64,000 bases of DNA from the human T2T-CHM13v2.0 reference genome, Homo sapiens, in NCBI RefSeq assembly GCF_009914755.1, contig NC_060932.1; one strand, written 5' to 3'. The translations under genes were made by a program, and so were the position numbers. The notes beneath the pieces were generated by a model that searched no databases, was not told the DNA's origin, and was given only the letters and a program-made list of their open reading frames with translations. Each line of letters opens with the position of its first letter. Position 1 is the first letter of the stretch. Below are positions 62,775 to 64,000 of the stretch, one piece after another.

Positions 62775-62980
62775 CAGGGAGGGGAACAACACACACTGGG
62801 ACCTCTTGAGGGTTGGGGTTGGGGGAGGGAGAGCAGCAGTAAAAATAGCTAATGCATGCTGGGCTTAATACCTAGATTATGGGTTGATAGGTGCAGCAAA
62901 CCACCTTGGCAAATGCTTACCTATGTAACAAACCTGCACAACCTGCACATGTACCTAAGAACTAAAAATTAAAATTAAAA
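62775..62980 (+). mobile_element. L1PA (about L1PA13) 3' UTR fragment inside an old minus-strand L1M (~62480-63780)
   Basis: 'ggaggggaacaacacacactggg...gggttgataggtgcagcaaaccacc...aacctgcacatgtacc'; flanks aaaatatagtcata and aaaatatcaccata. Confidence 0.85.
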
Positions 62981-64000
62981 TATCACCATAATGGCTGCAT
63001 AGTATTCCACTGAATGAAAGCAAAATAATTGGCGTTATCTTTGCTCAATAGAGCAAAACGAGTTTTCATTTTTAAAAATTGTTTTCATTTTTTATTATGA
63101 ATAACTTGACAGATATTCCTAGAGTTAAATACATACTATCTTCAATGGGATAAAAGAAAATGAAAGAAATGCTACATTAAAGACAATGCACTTTTAAAAA
63201 GATTTTAGGTACATACTATTAAAATCTCTACAGAAAGGTTTATTAGTTGTCATTTTACCCGTTAGTATAGGAGAGTGTCTATTTCCCTAAACATTCATCA
63301 ATATTACGTACTATTTTTAACAAGTATTGCCAAACCATTGCTGAGTTCTCAGGGTGTCTTCAAGGCAATTTAACATGATGGTTAAAACACAGCCCCTAGA
63401 GGCAGGCTGGAACTGGGGCTCTGCTGTTTGCTATGTTGTGACCTTTGGCAAGTAACTTAACATCTCTGTGTCTATAAAATGGAGACTGTAGTAACATGAA
63501 GGGTTGCATGTTATATATGATAACATATAGAGAGGAAGTAGAATGTAGGTAAGAGATATTTTAATTGTGAATTACTATTCTTTAATTACAAATGAATTTG
63601 AGCACTTGAATAAGTTTGCTAACCATTTGTTTCTCTTTTTCTCAACTGTAGCTTGCTGTGTTTAGCCCACTTTTATATTCAAAGATTCTTTTTCTTTTCT
63701 TAACTTTATAAGAAGGTTTTATATGTTAGGAATATTACTTTTTGCCTTTCACATGTTGCAAATAAGCCCCATATTTTCAAACAAGCACCCTGAGACCCAG
63801 AGAGATTAAGCTCTGTGTCTTCTAATGTTCCATCCAGGTCTCTTAATTTGCTTCATTTTTCATTCATTTGTTGTCACAAAGCTTTTCCTTTTTGTTTTTT
63901 ACTTTTGGTGAGTTGTCGATTTTATTCCTCTTTTTTTCTTCATGTTCAATCCAAATTTGAACTTAAATAAATACAATTACACCTTGTTAACAAAGGCCTC

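Overview
Human (primate) nuclear DNA with no intact cellular protein-coding exon. I recognise the first ~400 nt from memory as the NRG1 (neuregulin-1, 8p12) 3' UTR, on the + strand and starting shortly after the stop codon. The window is therefore the NRG1 terminal exon and long 3' UTR (candidate poly(A) sites at ~3.3 kb and ~9.4 kb), followed by ~55 kb of repeat-rich downstream DNA. Nearly all ORFs in the supplied track are spurious or derived from Alu, L1 or LTR sequence. I cannot support a new multi-gene biological system. The structures most worth a second look are: (1) a THE1-type MaLR provirus (5-bp TSD CAGGT) whose interior is replaced by an antisense ERV1 env + LTR fragment; (2) a young pre-Ta L1HS with a twin-priming inversion, a short 3' transduction and ORF2 frames open across the junction on both strands; (3) an ancient mitochondrial insertion (tRNA-Ser end, tRNA-Leu(CUN), ND5 start) inside an old L1; (4) a second, older L1 3' transduction; (5) several local templated duplications, one preserving an ERR/NR5A motif; (6) an inverted Alu pair and a transposon-borne AATAAA cluster in the putative long NRG1 3' UTR. 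Repeat subfamily names come from my recall of consensus sequences and should be confirmed with RepeatMasker/Dfam. Boundaries of old repeats are approximate.
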